A DNA stretch of 64,000 bases, from positions 74,400,001-74,464,000 of the forward strand of contig NC_043002.1 in NCBI RefSeq assembly GCF_006345805.1. The letters run 5' to 3'. This DNA comes from Octopus sinensis. Lineage: Eukaryota. Position numbers and translations under genes: made by a program. Positions 34,926 to 45,964 of the stretch are shown piece after piece. The notes below the pieces were generated by a model. It was not told the DNA's origin. It did no database searches and saw nothing but the letters and a program-made list of their open reading frames with translations. Within the stretch, counting starts at the first letter, position 1. Each line of letters begins with the position of its first letter.

Positions 34926-35311
34926 TTCATACACTTTGTGAATGCAGAAAGCAACAGGAACCCCCTTTACATGATGATGAAATCGCAAATGGCATAACAA
35001 ATACTTTTATTCTACATCAATAACTACATCATATCAACATAATCTGGAATATTACATCATTTTCAATATGGCAGTACTGTTGATTCTTCGAAGTTGAATG
35101 AGTGACTGGACACAGAAAATGTAATAGAAATGTAGCAAATAGGTTAACATTGCCGATCCTTCCTGGCATAAATCGTAAATCTGACCAATACCTGAGTCGA
35201 GTTTGACAATAAAGATACGTTGAAAAATCAAAATGAGTAAATATAAATGTCAATAAAGATATGCCAATGCACACGTGCGCGTGTGTATGAGTGTGTGTGT
35301 GTGTGTGTGTG

Positions 35312-35870
35312 TGAGTGAGTGAGAGAGTGAGTGAGTGAATGAGTGAGTGAATGAGTGAGTGAGTGAGTGAGTGAGTGAGTGAGAGAGTGAGTGAGTGAAT
35401 GAAAGAGTGAGTGAGTGAGTGAGTGAGTGAGAGAGAGTGGGTGAGTGAATGAGTGAGTGAGTGAGTGAGTGAGTGAGTGAGTGAGTGAGTGAGTGAGTGA
35501 GTGAATGAGTGAGTGAGAGAGTGAGTGAATGAGTGAGTGAGTGAGTGAGTGAGTGAATGAGTGAGTGAGTGAGTGAGTGAGTGAGTGAGTGAGTGAGTGA
35601 GTGAGTGAGTGAGTGAGGAGTGAGTGAGTGAGGAGTGAGTGAGTGAGTGAGAGAGTGAGTGAATGAGTGAGTGAATGAGTGAGTGAGTGTGTGAGAGAGT
35701 GAGTGAGTGAGAGAGTAAATGAGTGAGTGAGTGAGTGAGTGAATGAGTGAGTGAGTGAGTGAGTGAGAGAGTGAGTGAGTGAGAGAGTGAGTGAGAGAGT
35801 GAGTGAGTGAGTGAGTGAGTGAGTGAGTGAGTGAGTGAGTGAGTGAAAGTAAGTGAGTGAGTGAGTGAGT
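35312..35870. repeat. ~560-bp (GAGT)n tetranucleotide array with GAAT/GAGA variants
   Basis: Direct reading. Confidence 0.95.
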
Positions 35871-36143
35871 GTATGTGTGTGTGTGTGTGTATGTGTGTGT
35901 GTGTATGTGTATGTGCGGGTGTTAGTGTATGTACATATTTATTAATGATTTTGTGTCAAGTTATAAATACAAAACGATTAACAGTAAATTGAAGGAATAC
36001 ACAATACTTGGAGTGAGGTAAATATTTATCAACTCCTACAGGGATTTCTCTTTATCAGACTCGTGATGACGAGCAGCCAAAACTTCGAAGTCAGAGTCAA
36101 CTTTTTCCTTGTAAAAGTATATGGTTAACCATCCTCTCACGCC

Positions 36144-36191
36144 GTCTCTGATGAAGGGATATAACAAATATCCTGGAAACAGCTGTAAGAC
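36144..36191 (+). ncRNA. Minimal type I hammerhead with palindromic stem III, within a PLE-like terminus (about 36010-36260)
   Basis: GTCT-CTGATGA-AG-GGATAT[AACAA]ATATCC-TG-GAAA-CAGCTG-TA-AGAC. Confidence 0.75.
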
Positions 36192-36255
36192 CTTCTATCT
36201 ATAAATGTTCTAAAATCTACACAACGTTGGTTTTTTACTTCATACGAAAAGATAA

Positions 36256-36307
<52 letters not shown>

Positions 36308-36309
<2 letters not shown>

Positions 36310-36478
36310 CCTTGGCGGGCTGCCCAGATTGGAGCAATCTCAAGATAATCAGCCGAAATTGCGAAGATGATCTGGTTCTTGACTGATGACTGAGAGCTTC
36401 GAAAGTCCCGTCTGTGTGTTTTTTTTGTCGTCTTCAAATGTTTCACGTTCTTGTCCCAGTTTGTTTTTTTTTTTAACG

Positions 36479-36486
<8 letters not shown>
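36308..36486. mobile_element. (TA)n-flanked repeat family P2
   Basis: Homologous to 25587-25718. Confidence 0.6.
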
Positions 36487-36519
<33 letters not shown>

Positions 36520-36779
36520 AATGTGCTCCAAGTACACTTAGTTTTTTTAAAAAACAAAAACAAAGCATGTCAAATTAAGTGCATTGTAAAATGCAGGGTT
36601 ATACAACTTGATCATAGAGTTTAACATAACGTTTCTATCTGACAACGTGAGAAGATAACTCTGTTTAACTTTGCGTAGGTAGTTCAGACATCGCGAAGAG
36701 TAGCTCATTCAATATGTGTACGTGTGCGCGTGTATGTTTGTGTACGTGTGCGCGTGTATGTTTGAGTGTGTGTGTGTGT

Positions 36780-36810
<31 letters not shown>

Positions 36811-36814
36811 CTTT

Positions 36815-37010
36815 GTGCCTGTACTGTGTTTGTCCCCCACTTCAACTGGTGTTGGTCTGTTTACTCCCCCGTCGCCTAGCAGTTCAGCCAAGGCGACCGA
36901 TAGAATAAATGCCAGACTTAAAATATATACTGGGATCGATTTGTTCAACTAAACCCTACAAGGCAGTGCTCCAGTATGGCCGTTTTCCAATAAGTGAAAC
37001 AAGTAAAAGA
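36815..37010 (+). mobile_element. SINE family B, 3' half
   Basis: TGTTTGTCCCC..GACCGATAGAATAA..GGCAGTGCTCCAG..GAAACAAGTAAAAGA. Confidence 0.8.
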
Positions 37011-37041
37011 CACATTTTAATATACATTTTATATATTAACT

Positions 37042-37320
37042 GGCTCTCAGTCGGTTACGATGACGAGGGTTCCAATTGACCCGATCAACGCAACAGCCTG
37101 CTCGTGAAATTAACGCATACCCATAATGTAAGGAAGATTCAGCGTGACACAGAATGTGACAAGGCTGGCCCTTTGAATTACCACTCATTGTTGCCAGCTG
37201 AGTGGTCTGGAACAACGTGAAAAAAACGTGTCTTGCTCATGTACACAACGCGCAGCCGGAAATCGAACTCAGGACCTTACGATTGCGAGCTGAATATAGT
37301 AACCGCTAAGACAAGCGCTT
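37042..37320 (-). mobile_element. SINE family D
   Basis: Matches 17255-17535. Confidence 0.85.
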
Positions 37321-37333
37321 CTATATATTTAAA

Positions 37334-37736
37334 GTTTGAACGGCAGTTTTTTTAATAATTTCCCGTAACCTAAACATTTTTAAACTTCGTATATTAGAAT
37401 GTATTTATAAAACATCTTTTTCTCGTGGCTTTATTGAGAAAATCTAGGTTTGTAAGATATTTGTGTTTTTTTTCTTCAATTTCTGCATTTCAACCAATCA
37501 ATGGATGTCTATGGAGGTGAAAACATTATGTGCCGTATGAATATGTCCCTCGTTTAAGAAAGATTGGGTTTATTTACATTTGTGAAGAAAAAAAGATACC
37601 CTTCCCCCCACCCCAAACCCTAACCCTAACTCTAAAACAGATTGAAAGGCAATAGATCGATACTAGGGTCATAATTATGGGTGACAATTTCATATGACAT
37701 CACTAGAAAAAACTGCCGTTCAAACCGAAAAGATCC
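37334..37736. mobile_element. MITE-like element with TIRs and an internal telomere-like repeat
   Basis: GTTTGAACGGCAGTTTTTT (37334) / AAAAAACTGCCGTTCAAAC (37707-37725); CCCCAAACCCTAACCCTAACTCTAA at about 37612-37634. Confidence 0.75.
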
Positions 37737-37916
37737 AGTGTATATATTATGTTCACATACACTTACGAGGATTTACTTTTTAAGAATGTATCTGAGTACC
37801 AGGCTTGCGTCCACAATTAACAAAGCAGTGACATTTGCATACATATCTTACAATTTATACATTTATATTATAAAAATCGCAATAACATCGAACGCTTTTC
37901 ATGTCTATTCCACCAG

Positions 37917-37946
37917 ATTCCGCCATCATTGGACACTGGAGAATAG
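37917..37946 (+). CDS. Candidate 30-nt internal exon of an unidentified gene
   Basis: Acceptor CTTTTCATGTCTATTCCACCAG| and donor AG|GTGAGT; length is a multiple of 3; open in two phases (FRHHWTLEN or SAIIGHWRI); lies in unique sequence. Confidence 0.4.
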   Translation: MPPSLDTGE

Positions 37947-38329
37947 GTGAGTTGGCGAGGCAGTGCATGTTGTTCGGGGCAGTAGTATACACACAAGACA
38001 TCTAAGTGATAGAGAAGTTTTAAAATGTTTAAGCAAATTGGAACGGTATCATAAATTAATAAATATTAGAAGCAAAAACAAAAACAAAAAAGAAGAAAAA
38101 CAGCAACAAACGTTGACCTGTTTTATTGACTGGCCAAGTAAACGAACAAGCCAGATAACAACAACCAGTCTGATCCGTTCGATGATTGGTTGACAACATG
38201 TAGAAATGGCCAACATCTGAAGTGAAAACATGTTGGATCTTGTTTAGTTGCGTGTAGTCTTCAATTTCATATCCTGCTTCATACGCACACCATTTACTCT
38301 CTCTCTCTCTCTCTCTCTATCTCTATCTC

Positions 38330-38367
<38 letters not shown>

Positions 38368-38765
38368 CCTCTCTCTCTCTCCCTCTCTCCCTCTCTCTCC
38401 CTCCCCCTCTCTCTCTGTTATTAAAATACGCAGGAATGATACCACAATGCTAGTCTCAAATAATATCTATAAAACGTACCTGTATTTGTGTGTGGGGTAT
38501 TATTTCTATGTATGTATGTGTGTACGTGTGTACAGGCGAACGTATTATACGTGTGCGAGCATGTGCATGTGCGTGCGTGTGTGTGTTTGTTTGTGTGTGT
38601 GTTTGTTTGTGTGTGTGTGTGTGTGTTGTGTGTGTGTGCGTGCGTGCGTGTGTGTGTGTGTATGAATACTGATACTGACAAAGTTGACGATGGCGACAGT
38701 CATGCAGATAATAACTTGGTGCTCATAATGATATCATCATCATCATCATCATCATCATAATTATT

Positions 38766-39163
38766 AAGGCGGCGAGCTGGCAGAAATGTTAGCACGCCGG
38801 GCGAAATGCGTAGCCGTATTTCGTCTACCGTTACGTTCTGAGTTCAAATTCCGCCGAGGTCCACTTTGCCTTTCATCCTTTCGGGGTCGATAAATTAAGT
38901 ACCAGTTACGCACTGGGGTCGATGTAATCGTCTTAATCCGTTTGTCTGTCCTTGTTTGTCCCCTCTGTGTTTAGCCCCTTGTGGGTAGTAAAGAAATAGG
39001 TATTTCGTCTGTATTTATGTTCTGAGTTCAAACTCCGCTGAGCTCGGCTATGCCTTTCATTCTTTCGGTGGTTGATAAATTAAGTACCAGTAAAACACTG
39101 GGGTCGATGAAATCGACCAGTCCCCTCCTCACAAACATGAGGCCTTGTGCTCCAGTATAAAGG

Positions 39164-39203
<40 letters not shown>

Positions 39204-39435
39204 GGGGCCAGCTGGCAGAATTGTTAACACGCTGGACGAAATGCTTAGCGGTATTTCACTCGTCACTACGTTCAGAGTTCAAATTCCGCTGAGGTCGACT
39301 TTATCTTTTATCCTATCGGGGTCGATAAAATAAATACCAGTTGAGTACTGGGGTCGAAGTAATCCCCAAAATTTCAGGCCTTATGCCTATAATAGAAAGA
39401 ATTATTATCATCATTATAATTAATATTTATTATTA

Positions 39436-39480
<45 letters not shown>

Positions 39481-39637
39481 TTAACCCGTTGCTACGTCCT
39501 GAGTTCAGATTCCACCGAGGTCGACTTTGCCTTTCATTCTTTCGGGGTCAATAAATTAAGTACCAGTTACGTACTTGGCTGATGTAATCGATTATCCCCT
39601 CCCCCAAATTTCAGAGCTTGTGTCTATAGTAGAAAGG

Positions 39638-39713
<76 letters not shown>

Positions 39714-40285
39714 ACTACTATAATAATATTAAGGTGGCGAGCTGGCAGAGTTGTTAGCACGGCGGACAAAATGCTCAGCGTTATATCATCTGTGTTTATG
39801 TTCTGAGTTCAAATTCCGCCGAAGTCGACTGGCAGAATCATTAGCACACTGGACGATAAACTTAGCGGTATTTCGTCTGTCGCTACATTCTGAGTTCAAA
39901 TTTCGCCGAGGTCGACTTTGCCTTTCATCTTTTCGGGATCGATTAAATAAGTACCAGTTGAGTACTGGGGTCGATGTAATCAACTAATCCCTTCCCCAAA
40001 AATTTCAAGCCTTGTGCCTATATTTGAAAGGATTATTATTATTATTATTATTATTATATTATTATTATTATTATTATTATTATTAAGGCGGTGAGCTGGC
40101 AGAATCGTTAGCACGCCGGGTAAAATGGATAGCGGCATCTCGTCCGTCTTTACGTTCTGGGTTCAAATTCCTCCAAAGTCGACTTCGCCTTTCATCTCTT
40201 CGGGATCGATCAAATAAGCACCAGTTGATGTAATCGACTTATCCCCTCCCTGAAACTGCTGGACTTGTGCCAAAATTTGAAACCT
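38766..40285 (+). mobile_element. Head-to-tail run of about 7 family A SINEs separated by (TTA)n
   Basis: Copies start near 38766, 39000, 39205, 39485, 39732, 39830 and 40085, all on the + strand. Confidence 0.9.
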
Positions 40286-40307
40286 ATTATTATTACTATT
40301 ATTATTA

Positions 40308-40351
<44 letters not shown>

Positions 40352-40377
40352 CATTATTATTGTTATTATTATTATTT

Positions 40378-40910
40378 TACTTCACAGAGTTTTCGGTCTT
40401 ACTTGCTCTGGTTGATTTTTATGAGAGTGGATAGCAACCTGTTGTCTGAGGTTCACAGGGTCTCTTTCCACAGATTATAAGCTTTGGTACCTGGGTGTTA
40501 ATTTATCGCGGAAAACACTCAACACCCAAGCACCAATCTCAAAATTCTAGCTGTCCCCAACAGAGCAGTTTTTTTAACATGCTCTGCCTCATGTTAATTC
40601 CAATTCCTCTGACATATTTCTCGAACCAGGTTGTTAGTGATCCAAGTGCCTCTACAACTTGCAATTTCATCAGTTAGTAGTCTGTATTTCTCTATCTTTT
40701 CCAGCTCTTAGTCATCTAAGAGTGCATCCCCCGGTATGGCAATATCTATGATCTTGGTTTCTTTTTTTTTTTTTCTTTCATCCACTATAACAATGTCTGG
40801 TCTCCGAGCATTGATTAGGGAGTCACATTGGGTTGTAAAATCCCACAGGATCTTATATCCATTGTTTTCAGTGACGCCCTCTGGTTCATGTTTGTACAAG
40901 TAAAAATGAA
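40378..40910 (-). mobile_element. R4/Dong LINE 3' fragment (RLE endonuclease domain)
   Basis: YKHEPEGVTENNGYKILWDFTTQCDSLINARRPDIVIVD..IIDIAIPGD..EKIEKY..TALLGTARIL; its 3' end abuts (TAA)n. Confidence 0.9.
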
Positions 40911-41086
40911 AAAAAAAATGCTTTGTACGTCTACCTCGAAATGACTAATATTACTGGCCATATGAAGGTAGTAGGCTTTTAAACGGACACCAATGTTAAT
41001 AGATGTATCGGTCGCCAACATAAGACCAATAATAATAATTATCCTCCTCCTCATCATCATCATCCTCATCATCATTATTAATATTA

Positions 41087-41285
41087 AGGCGGCGAGCTGG
41101 CAAAATCGTTAGCGCACTGGCGAAAATGCTTAGTGGCATTTCGTCCGTCTTGACGTTCTGAGTTCAAATGCCGTCGAGGTCGACTTCACTTTTCATCCCT
41201 TCGGGGTCGATAAGTTCCAGTTGAGCGCTGGGGTCGATGAAATCGACTTATCCCCTCTCCTGTAATATCTGGCCTTATGCCAAAA
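41087..41285 (+). mobile_element. SINE family A
   Basis: AAGGCGGCGAGCTGGCAAAATCG...GGCCTTATGCCAAAATT followed by (TTA)n. Confidence 0.9.
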
Positions 41286-41337
41286 TTATTATTATTATTA
41301 TTATTACTATTATTATTATTATTATTATTATTATTTG

Positions 41338-41830
41338 ATAGAACGGTACATGCCATCAAAGTAACACTGGGGTAAAATATACGAAGTCCAGTATACCCAT
41401 TATACTACTCGTCTGATAAGGGAACACTAGGCACATATATCACAACTATTTGTGCGTGATATGGTAATCTCATATCAAGATAAACAGCAGATGACCTTGC
41501 AGGGAGGGCCCAGTTAGAATTTTCTTCAGGCCGAGTAGCACATCCAGCTTAAAAGGTCCCTGAATAAGGATTGTTTAAGGATGTTGAACGAAACACCCAT
41601 GTTTCCGTAGGTGAATTATCCAAACATCAAAGAATTTCTCTCAACACATGACTATGATGCTCCCCACTACTTCTGCTCGTGATCAGAGATGCACATATCG
41701 TGAGCCACAAGGGATATGCCCAACTGGTTACGATCAAATATCTGACAAGTAAATCTGTGGTATTGAGCAGAATATTTGCTGTAGCTCATCTTTTATACCA
41801 AGACAAAACAATTTACATGATAACACTTCT
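41338..41830 (-). mobile_element. ~490-bp non-coding (TAA)n-targeted element (probable Dong-mobilised non-autonomous retroposon)
   Basis: Flanked by (TTA)n on both sides; its end recurs at 16694-16776; no ORF homology seen. Confidence 0.6.
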
Positions 41831-41859
41831 TTATTATTATTATTATTATCCAGTAGTTT

Positions 41860-42143
41860 TATTTTTATAGCGTGCTTTCACTTCACTACCGAGCGCAGCT
41901 CTGTGTGCCTTGGGTATGTGCTGTGATTTGTTGTGATGCTCTGATGGTTACTGTATTGAAAGTGTTTTGCGTAGGATGTGTGCAGTGCCCAGTAGTGCAA
42001 TTTTCTGTATGTTACATATATTTGTAAGTCCTGGTATTTTTGTTATGTATTTGTTTCAATATTTTTTCATCACACCTAATGATAGGAATTGTTTCTGTTT
42101 TTAGATTCCACATTCGAGTTACCTCTATTTCCAGGTCTTTGTA
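41860..42143 (-). mobile_element. R4/Dong LINE 3' end, second subfamily
   Basis: YKDLEIEVTRMWNLKTETIP..KIPGLTNI.NIQKIALLGTAHILRKTLSIQ*. Confidence 0.85.
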
Positions 42144-42153
42144 TTAATATTAA

Positions 42154-42193
<40 letters not shown>

Positions 42194-42194
42194 G

Positions 42195-42330
42195 GTTCTG
42201 CCGAGGTCGACTTTACATTTCATCCTTTCGGAGTCGATAAAATCGGTACCAGTTAAGTAATCGAGTCGATGTAATCAACTTACTTCCACCCCCAAAGTTG
42301 CTGGCCTTGTGCCAAAATTTGAAACCATTT
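42195..42330 (+). mobile_element. SINE family A, 5'-truncated
   Basis: GCCGAGGTCGACTTT..GGCCTTGTGCCAAAATTTGAAACC. Confidence 0.85.
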
Positions 42331-42799
42331 TTATTATTATTTGTGTTTAAGTTGGGGATCGATACATGTTATTAACATTGCTGTTCGTTTGAAAGCATAC
42401 TACCTTCATATGACTGGCAATAGTAGTCATTCTGAGATGGATGTACAGAAGCAATTTTGTTACTATTTTTATTTTTTATTTTGTAAACCATAAATCTTTT
42501 CAACACCAGTCAACGACAGTCCCAGAAGCGCCATTTAAAGCATGTAGACACAGAAGCATAGCGGCACCACTTACTTACACACACATCCTCTCCAAAACAT
42601 GTTACTACGGCTATACACGTTTGCTTTTTTACGATCGATAACACGTTTCTATTTGTTCCAAGCTCGACCTGTAAAGAAAATGCGCACGCGTCTAAGTAAA
42701 TTGCCATGTTACGTGCACGCGACCAGGCATTTGCACACCAGTATTCAATGTATTAGTAAAGTACATTTGATGCATATGTTAATATAGCACAATCATGGA

Positions 42800-42864
42800 T
42801 TTAGGAGCCTTTTATTACTATTGTTATATTTATTATCATCATCATCATCACATCATTATTATTA

Positions 42865-42916
<52 letters not shown>

Positions 42917-43057
42917 GTTGTTGTTATTGTTGCTGTTATTATTATTATTATCATCATTTATTATTATTGTTATTATTATTATTATTATTATCATTGTTGT
43001 TATTATTATTATTATCATTGTTATTGTAATCGTTATTATTATTATCAGTTATTATTA

Positions 43058-43107
<50 letters not shown>

Positions 43108-43225
43108 TATTATTATTAATATTGATATTAATATTATTAATATTATTATTATTATTATTATTAATATTATTATTATTATTATCACTACTACTACCACCGC
43201 CACCACCACCACTACTACTACTTGT
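42800..43225. repeat. Long (TTA)n/(TTG)n/(TCA)n array
   Basis: Direct reading. Confidence 0.95.
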
Positions 43226-43527
43226 TAAATTGACAACCGACTACCAACATTTTTAAATACAGACGGAAAACAATATAAGATTACATAAATGTAATGAAAA
43301 TACACACACGCACTGGTATATATACACATACGCACTCACACAAGCACACATATGTACACACATACATACAGACGCACACAAAAATACAAATATATGTACG
43401 GTAGACACACCCCTAGATTTTCTGTGTATGTATTCATGTGTAATCACATGGGTGTGCAGGTATATACACATATATATGCGTATAGCGAGGGTATGTTTGT
43501 GTATATATATATATATATATATATATA

Positions 43528-43755
43528 GGCGAGCTGATAGAAACGTTAGCACGCCGGGCGAAATTCGTAGCCGTATTTCGTCTGTCGTTAAGTTCCGAGT
43601 TCAAATTCCGCCGAGGTCGACTTTGCCTTTCATCCTTTCGGGGTCGATAAATTAAGTACCAGTTACGCACTGGAGTCGATGTAGTCGACTTAATTCCTTT
43701 GTCTGTCCTTGTTTGTACCCTCTGTGTTTAGCCCCTTGTGGGTAGTAAAGAAATA
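43528..43755 (+). mobile_element. SINE family A, young full-length copy
   Basis: Close match to the 38766 copy, including the tail. Confidence 0.9.
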
Positions 43756-43769
43756 TATATATATATATA

Positions 43770-44080
43770 TCACTGTGATCACCGTGACCGACCAGGCTAT
43801 CAGATGTTGCTACACATCGCTGGTCACATTGCGCTTCGCATGGTTTTAGCCTTCAAATGACGCCAGCCCGCTGGCTAAGCGAGCAGGCCAACAGAAGAAA
43901 GAGTGAGAGAAAGTTGTGGCGAAAGAGTACAGCAGGGATCGCCACCACCCCCTACCAGAGCCTCGCGGACCTTCAGGTGTTTTCGCTCAATAAACACTCA
44001 CAACGCCCCTTTCTGGGAATCGAAACCGTGATCCTACGAACGCGAGTCCGCTGCCCTAATCACTGGGCCATTGCTCCCCT
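43770..44080 (-). mobile_element. tRNA(Arg)-like SINE family C (OR1-like)
   Basis: Reverse complement of 51832-52135. Confidence 0.9.
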
Positions 44081-44115
44081 CTTTGTCTCTCTCACTCTCT
44101 CCCTGTATATATATA

Positions 44116-44629
44116 CTAGCAGTATCGCCCGGCGTTGCTCGGGTTTGTAAGGGAAATAACTATATAAACATTTTTAGAGAGTTACTTCCCTTATAGATGC
44201 CAATTTGGGCTTTCTTAGCCATTTCTGTTTTGGTGTCTTCAAGCCATGAAGTCGTTGTTCTAAAAACGCTGGTCTCCTTGACAACGCATTACGACGTTGA
44301 TTTCCTAAACTCCCTTCCCCACAGCTTCACGAGGGAGGGAAGAAGGGGGAGAAGCAAACACAGGTGCAGATGTTTGAGCGTGGACGCCAACTCCGCCGCC
44401 ATCGACACACGAAAAATTATGCATTAAAATGGAATAAAAAATGATGTTAAATTATTTTTAAAATCGTAGACTCATCGTAGACGCGCGCTAATAGCCAGAC
44501 GGGCTCGATATGAATCACGACTATAAGATACCCGAATTTGGTTAAACTGCACCGCAAAATGTGGGAGGAGTTAGGAATCTAAATCGAAGGGGACAGACAC
44601 TCACACAACTAGAGTTTTATATATATAGA
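44116..44629 (-). mobile_element. Complete non-autonomous Helitron, 514 bp
   Basis: Minus strand A|TCTATATATATAAAAC...CCCGAGCAACGCCGGG-CGATACTG-CTAG|T: 5' TC, 3' hairpin plus CTAG, inserted at an AT site. Confidence 0.9.
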
Positions 44630-44727
44630 TATCGCCATCATCATTTAACATCCTTTTTGCTATACTGGCTTGGGTTGGACGGTTTGACAAGATGTGTATG
44701 TAGAAGAATCAGAATTAAAATTCCGAG

Positions 44728-44932
44728 TTAAAAAAACATAATAAATACACAAAGAAACGGGATGCAGACACGGGTCACCAACTCCGCATCAGTTATCGAC
44801 CAGAGGGTCAAACGCAAAATTTAAGGCGGGCAATTGCGTTTGACCCTCTCGTCAATGACTGATGAAAATTTGGTGACCTTCTGTATCTGTTTCCCGTTTG
44901 TTTGTGCATTTATTGGGGTTTTTTTTTTTCAA
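44728..44932. mobile_element. ~200-bp foldback element (long imperfect inverted repeat)
   Basis: Perfect AGAGGGTCAAACGCAA/TTGCGTTTGACCCTCT (44802-44817/44834-44849), extended outward by CATCAGT, GGTCACCAA, ATGCAGA, AAACGGG and CACAAA blocks. Confidence 0.8.
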
Positions 44933-44984
44933 TTTATTATTCAATGGAACGCCACGTACGGTTATTTTATTTTAAAATGTGTGT

Positions 44985-45238
44985 GTGTTCTTTTATTCTT
45001 CTACTTGTTACAGTCATTTGGCTGCGGCCATACTGGAGCACCACCTTAAAAGTGGTTTTAATCGAAGAAATCGACCCCAGGACTTATTCTTTATAAGCCT
45101 AGTACTTATCCTACCGGTCTCTTTTTGCCGAACCGCAAAGTTACGGGGACATAAGCACATCAGTGTCGGTTGTCAATCGATGGCGGAGCGACAAACACAG
45201 ACGCACACGCACACGCACACACACGCACACACACACAG

Positions 45239-45282
<44 letters not shown>

Positions 45283-45361
45283 CACACACACACATATATA
45301 TGGTGTGTGAAAAGGACAGGATGAAATAGAACTCAACCTTTTTACATATATATATGTATTG

Positions 45362-45440
<79 letters not shown>

Positions 45441-45543
45441 CCGAGGTTATAGTGGAAGACACTTGCCCAAGATTCCATGGAGTGGAACTGAACCCGGAAC
45501 CATGTGGTCGGGAAGCAAGCTTCTTACCACACAGCCACGCCTA
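44985..45543 (-). mobile_element. SINE family B with central (CA)n/(TA)n
   Basis: Tail at 44985-45200 and head at 45440-45543, both reverse-complemented. Confidence 0.85.
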
Positions 45544-45964
45544 CACTTACACACACACACCACACACACACACACACCACCACATACATGTATAAATGAA
45601 TATATAGGCTCACATACGTATACAGGCACACACGCGCACACAGGCATGTAAATAGGCGTAATATGTACGAATGGTTAAGAAGTTCGCTTCGCAAGTACAC
45701 GGTCTTGGATTCGATATCAATGCGTGGTAGTTTGAGTGTACGTCACGTTCTTTGTACACTCATAGATCGATTCGTGCATAACAAGTGAAAGTGGACAAAC
45801 GGAAACTGTAGGGAAGCCCGTCGGATGGATTGTACTTGTAATTCATTGGTACAGTATTTTATAACACGTTATAGCACACTGATTCTGCTTGAGAATTACG
45901 TTGAGGGTACACGTGTCTGTGGAATATTCAACCACTTACATGGTTAATTCAATGAGTAAATAAT

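Noticed and set aside
36370-36410. CTGATGA...GAAA in repeat family P2
   Set aside because: Stems I and III do not form, and the paralogous copy at 25620 has GAAT; not called a hammerhead.
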